Source: an uncultured SAR116 cluster alpha proteobacterium (GTDB lineage: Bacteria > Pseudomonadota > Alphaproteobacteria > Puniceispirillales > Marisalimonadaceae). Taken from it: a DNA stretch of 64,000 nt. The stretch is taken from positions 70,048 to 134,047 of the forward strand of contig CABYED010000003.1 of NCBI GenBank assembly GCA_902517815.1, read 5' to 3'. The notes under the pieces were generated by a model. It had not been told where the DNA came from and did not search any database. It was given only the letters and a program-made list of their open reading frames with translations. Positions within the stretch are counted from its first letter, which is position 1. The number at the start of each line of letters is the position of its first letter. A program made the translations under genes and the position numbers. Shown here piece by piece: positions 59,892 through 64,000 of the stretch.

Positions 59892-60757
59892 GCTTGCATA
59901 ATAAAGTTCTTATACTAGGATCATCTGGTTTAATTGGCCACCAAATATACAATTACCTGCAAGAAAATAGCGATTTCAATTTATCAAATATTTCATATAC
60001 AAGAAAACTAAATAATGAAACTATTCAATTGGATGCTAGAAAAGAGAAGTATTTTTTTGATCAGATTAGATACATACAGCCAAACTATATTATTAATTGC
60101 ATAGGAGTATTGATTAATAAATCAAAACATGATCCTAAAAGTGCAATGTGTCTTAACGCACGTTTGCCTCATAAGTTATCAAAATTGGCAAATTCTCTTA
60201 ATGCAAAATTAATTCATATGTCAACAGATTGTGTATTTTCTGGTGACAAACAATTACCATATGTTGAAACTGATGAAAAGGACGGAAGAGACACGTATGC
60301 GAAAACTAAATCTCTAGGAGAGATTTATAGTAAAAATCACTTGACTATAAGAACTTCTGTAGTAGGTCCAGAGATAATAAATGGGAGTGGGGAACTGTTT
60401 CATTGGTTTATGAATCAGTCTGGAGTTATACAGGGGTTTACTTCAGCCATTTGGTCAGGTGTCACAACAATTGAACTAGCAAAAGCTGTCAAATGGTTTA
60501 TAAATAACAATACGACAGGTTTATACCATCTCACAAATGGTATCCCCATTAAAAAGTATGATTTACTTCATTTGTTCAAGAAATATACCAATCATAATAT
60601 AGAAATTGAAAAGGTGGATGGGGTAGTAACAAATAAAAGCTTTGCGGATACAAGACTAGAAATAAATTATAAATTACCAAAATATGACAATATGATTAAA
60701 GATATGGTGTTACTAATAAAAAATAAAAAAAAGCTTTACAGCCATTACTATCTATAG
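59888..60757 (+). CDS. RmlD-like SDR 4-reductase (QnlA/WbvR-like)
   Basis: GSSGLIG, INCIG, HMSTDCVFSG, YAKTK, IRTS, WSGVTT; no cupin domain. Confidence 0.8.
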   Translation: MSLHNKVLILGSSGLIGHQIYNYLQENSDFNLSNISYTRKLNNETIQLDARKEKYFFDQIRYIQPNYIINCIGVLINKSKHDPKSAMCLNARLPHKLSKLANSLNAKLIHMSTDCVFSGDKQLPYVETDEKDGRDTYAKTKSLGEIYSKNHLTIRTSVVGPEIINGSGELFHWFMNQSGVIQGFTSAIWSGVTTIELAKAVKWFINNNTTGLYHLTNGIPIKKYDLLHLFKKYTNHNIEIEKVDGVVTNKSFADTRLEINYKLPKYDNMIKDMVLLIKNKKKLYSHYYL

Positions 60758-60796
60758 AGATAATCCATAACCTTATAAATAAGAGTTTCAATATTC

Positions 60797-61981
60797 ATGA
60801 ATTTTATTATACTCACAGATTATTATCATCCTATTGTAAAATCTGGATCAATTATAATTGGAGACCTTGCAAGTGAACTATTCCAACAAGGTCATAAAGT
60901 AACTATTGTTACTTTTGTTGAATATCAAAATAAAGCATTTCAACTTGTTTCTGAAGACGGAATACAAATAATAAGAATTAGGTCTGTAACTAGGGATAAA
61001 AAGTATGGCAGAATTGGGAGATTATGGGCTGAGCTTTGTTATTCTAATAAAATTATAAAAAATTTAAAAAAAATTCAAAATATTCATTGTGAGGCAATCA
61101 TTTGTTTTTCTCCATCTATTTTTTACGGAAAGGCTATTAGATGGTTTAAAAAAAAATATCACTCGAAGGCATATCTTATAATTAGAGATATATTCCCAAA
61201 ATGGACCTTAGAAACTGGTTTGCTTAAAAAAGGCCTTCTTTACAAATATTTGAAGGGTGTTGAGCGAGATTTGTATAGTTCTTTTGATGTAATAGGAATT
61301 GAAGCAAAGTCTGACCTTGAATATTTTAAGAATTATGGGCTTAAGAATTCAATCAAAATAGAAGTATTAAATAATTGGGGTTCAGATTTGGGTAGTATAG
61401 ATGATTATTCTATATCTGACAATCTTTTAGATAATCAGAAAGTGAATATAGTTTATGGAGGGAATATGGGTGATGCACAAGATATATTATCTTTAGTTAA
61501 TTCGATTGATTATTCAATACTTGAACAAAAAGCTGTTATTTTATTAATAGGCGATGGAAACCAGTTTGATAAAATAAAGAAGACTATAAATCAAAAAAAT
61601 CTAACGAATATAGTTTTAATGCCAACAATTGACAGGAAAAGATATTTATCAATTATGTCAAAAGCAGATATTGGGCTGGTTTGTTTAAGTAAAAAAATGT
61701 CTTCTAATAATTACCCTCTAAAAATGCTTGGCTACATGCAACTAGCTAAACCAATCTTGGCCTCAGTAAATAAAAATAATGAGATAATTAAAATGATTGA
61801 GAAAGAAAAAATAGGTTTGGTTTCAGTAGCTTCTGATACAAAAAGCTTTAATGAAAATTTAGAATATATTATAAATAATGAAGCTTTTAGAAAAGAACAA
61901 GGCCAAAACGCATTCAAAGTTTATAAAGAAAAGTTTACTGTTGAGGCAGCTGCACTGCAGATTTATGAACATTTTCTATGA
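60797..61981 (+). CDS. GT4 glycosyltransferase (WbuB/WbjE-like)
   Basis: IIRDIFP, YGGNMGDAQ, YPLKMLGYM..KPILA. Confidence 0.85.
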   Translation: MNFIILTDYYHPIVKSGSIIIGDLASELFQQGHKVTIVTFVEYQNKAFQLVSEDGIQIIRIRSVTRDKKYGRIGRLWAELCYSNKIIKNLKKIQNIHCEAIICFSPSIFYGKAIRWFKKKYHSKAYLIIRDIFPKWTLETGLLKKGLLYKYLKGVERDLYSSFDVIGIEAKSDLEYFKNYGLKNSIKIEVLNNWGSDLGSIDDYSISDNLLDNQKVNIVYGGNMGDAQDILSLVNSIDYSILEQKAVILLIGDGNQFDKIKKTINQKNLTNIVLMPTIDRKRYLSIMSKADIGLVCLSKKMSSNNYPLKMLGYMQLAKPILASVNKNNEIIKMIEKEKIGLVSVASDTKSFNENLEYIINNEAFRKEQGQNAFKVYKEKFTVEAAALQIYEHFL

Positions 61982-62092
61982 TTGATATTTCACAAAATTA
62001 TTATCCTGATATGATAGTTTGGCAATCTTAGTTTTTGGCATTAAATTTTTTAGAATTAATCACTTTTGGTAATGTATTGAAACTTATATAAA

Positions 62093-64000
62093 ATGAAGCA
62101 GATAATTCAAAATATGGCTAATGGAGAAACTAATGTTATTGATGTTCCTTGTCCTAAAAATAAGCCTGGAAGTCTTCTAATTCAGTCTAAAAATTCATTG
62201 TTATCAGTTGGAACTGAAAGAATGTTGGTTGATTTTGGAAAAGCAAATTTATTGAATAAGGCACGTCAACAACCTGATAAAGTAAAGATGGTGTTGAATA
62301 AAGTTCAGACTGATGGTCTTTTACCAACTATTAATTCAATTCGAACAAAACTAGAAAAACCTCTAGAACTTGGTTATTGTAATGCTGGTGTAATTATAGA
62401 ATCAGGTGTTAATGGTTTTCTTGAGGGGGATCGTGTAGTTTCTAATGGACACCATGCTGAAGTAACAAGAGTTTCTAAAAATTTGTGTGCATTAATTCCT
62501 GATGAAGTTGATGATGAATCAGCTGCATTTACTGTTCTTGCATCAGTTGGCTTGCAAGGGATTCGCTTATTAAAACCTACATTGGGTGAAAATATAGTTG
62601 TATTTGGATTAGGCTTAATTGGTTTAATGACTATTCAAATTTTAAAAGCTAACGGTTGTCGTGTTCTTGGTGTAGATTTTGATACTGTAAGGTGTAAGCT
62701 TGCTAACAATTTTGGAATAGAAACTGTTGATTTGTCTAAAGGACAGGATCCACTAGTTAATGCTAAATCTTTTTCTAGAGGCTATGGTGTTGACGGTGTA
62801 ATTTTGGCAGTTTCAACTCAGAGTAATGACGTAATTCATCAAGCTGCACAAATGTGTAGAAAGCGTGGACGTATTGTTCTTGTAGGTGTTTCCGGATTAA
62901 ACCTTCGCAGGGATGATTTTTTTAAAAAAGAGATTTCTTTTCAGGTTTCTGCTTCTTATGGTCCTGGCCGATATGATAAGCTTTATGAGGAGAAAGGTCA
63001 GGATTATCCAATTGGATTTGTTCGTTGGACTGAACAGAGAAATTTTCAAGCTGTTTTAGATATGATGGCAACCGGCTCCCTAAATGTTAAGCCATTGATA
63101 ACTCATAGATATAAAATTGAAAATGCTAAGGAAGCATATGGTTTACTCGATGACCCTACTGCTCTAGGAATATTGTTAGAATATCCTATTCAGGATCAAT
63201 CGATACTTCAATCTTCAGTTATAAAATTAAATTCTCCTACCAAAACAAATCAGTTTGATAAAAAAATGCCAGTGGTTGGTTTTATTGGTGCTGGAAATTA
63301 TGCATCTGGCACTTTGATTCCATCATTTAAGAAGGCTAAAGCTCAATTGGATACTTTAGTTACAAGTGGGGGAGTTAGTGCAGTTCATTATGGAAATAAA
63401 TTAGGGTTTAGATTTGCATCCACAGATCTAAAGAAAATATGGAAAAACTCCAAAATTAACACTGTTGTTATTGCTACTCGTCATGATACTCACTCAAATT
63501 TAGTTAAATTAGCATTAGAGTCCCGTAAAAATATATTTGTAGAAAAACCCCTTGCATTAAAATTAGAAGAGTTAGACTTAATTAATTCTACGTTTCGTCA
63601 TATAGTTAACCACAAAAAAAATTCTTTACGCTTAATGGTTGGTTTTAATAGACGTTTTGCACCCCATATCGTGAAAATGAAGTCCCTTTTGGAAATCAAA
63701 CAGGAACCAAAGTCAATAGTTATGACAGTTAATGCTGGTGCTATTGCTCCAGATCATTGGACACAAGACACAGAAATTGGTGGGGGTAGAATTATTGGCG
63801 AAGCTTGTCATTTTATTGATTTGATGCAGTTTTTGGTTGGATATCCAATTTTAAATCACCACGCTGTTATGATAGGCAATTCTTCCGAAATTAAGGTAAG
63901 AGATGATAAGACGTCAATTACTTTATCTTTCGAAGATGGTTCGTTTGGAACAATTCACTACTTTGCAAATGGAGGTCAAGTTTTCCCTAAAGAACGAATT
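62093..64000 (+). CDS. Bi-domain oxidoreductase (Zn-type dehydrogenase plus Gfo/Idh/MocA), partial, runs off the window
   Basis: Not in the ORF track. ATG at 62093 reads MKQIIQNM...SVGTERMLV, LGYCNAG, SYGPGRYD, RWTEQRN, IGAGNYA, FVEKPLA, VGFNRRF, GGGRIIGEACHFID; appears open to 64000. Confidence 0.85.
   Translation, partial: MKQIIQNMANGETNVIDVPCPKNKPGSLLIQSKNSLLSVGTERMLVDFGKANLLNKARQQPDKVKMVLNKVQTDGLLPTINSIRTKLEKPLELGYCNAGVIIESGVNGFLEGDRVVSNGHHAEVTRVSKNLCALIPDEVDDESAAFTVLASVGLQGIRLLKPTLGENIVVFGLGLIGLMTIQILKANGCRVLGVDFDTVRCKLANNFGIETVDLSKGQDPLVNAKSFSRGYGVDGVILAVSTQSNDVIHQAAQMCRKRGRIVLVGVSGLNLRRDDFFKKEISFQVSASYGPGRYDKLYEEKGQDYPIGFVRWTEQRNFQAVLDMMATGSLNVKPLITHRYKIENAKEAYGLLDDPTALGILLEYPIQDQSILQSSVIKLNSPTKTNQFDKKMPVVGFIGAGNYASGTLIPSFKKAKAQLDTLVTSGGVSAVHYGNKLGFRFASTDLKKIWKNSKINTVVIATRHDTHSNLVKLALESRKNIFVEKPLALKLEELDLINSTFRHIVNHKKNSLRLMVGFNRRFAPHIVKMKSLLEIKQEPKSIVMTVNAGAIAPDHWTQDTEIGGGRIIGEACHFIDLMQFLVGYPILNHHAVMIGNSSEIKVRDDKTSITLSFEDGSFGTIHYFANGGQVFPKERI

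Noticed and set aside
61978-62030. MIDISQNYYPDM, resembling a GT4 N-terminus, after the last glycosyltransferase
   Set aside because: Too short to support; may be another remnant but cannot be separated from chance.
1-64000. Poly-A/T runs of 8-10 nt as phase-variation tracts; CRISPR, tRNA, rRNA and IS elements
   Set aside because: Such runs are expected at this AT content and do not break the intact ORFs; no repeat-spacer array, structured RNA gene or transposase was recognised by eye.

Overview
AT-rich bacterial chromosomal window. The core genes (AmpG, AlaC-type aminotransferase, MmsB, AnmK) look alphaproteobacterial, probably from a streamlined marine lineage; this is an inference. No rRNA, tRNA, CRISPR array, integrase or transposase was seen. 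1-12.5 kb: metabolic and LPS genes. 12.6-28.2 kb: a peptidoglycan-recycling gene set in which canonical AmpG, AnmK and MurQ sit with non-canonical partners (GH84 O-GlcNAcase-like hydrolase, PIG-L deacetylase, T7-lysozyme-like amidase, SH3-NlpC/P60 peptidase, YkuD protein); this is a candidate alternative recycling or scavenging pathway. That region is interrupted by a 3-gene sugar cassette flanked by reciprocally decayed duplicates of the hppA-mmsB junction. 28.4 kb to the end: a >35 kb mosaic surface-polysaccharide island (manC, wecBC, gmd, a variant pseudaminic-acid module, amidation/amidination/methylation genes, two Wzx and two Wzy-like proteins). The island carries several pseudogene remnants, three of which are decayed homologues of exactly the three genes in the inserted cassette.
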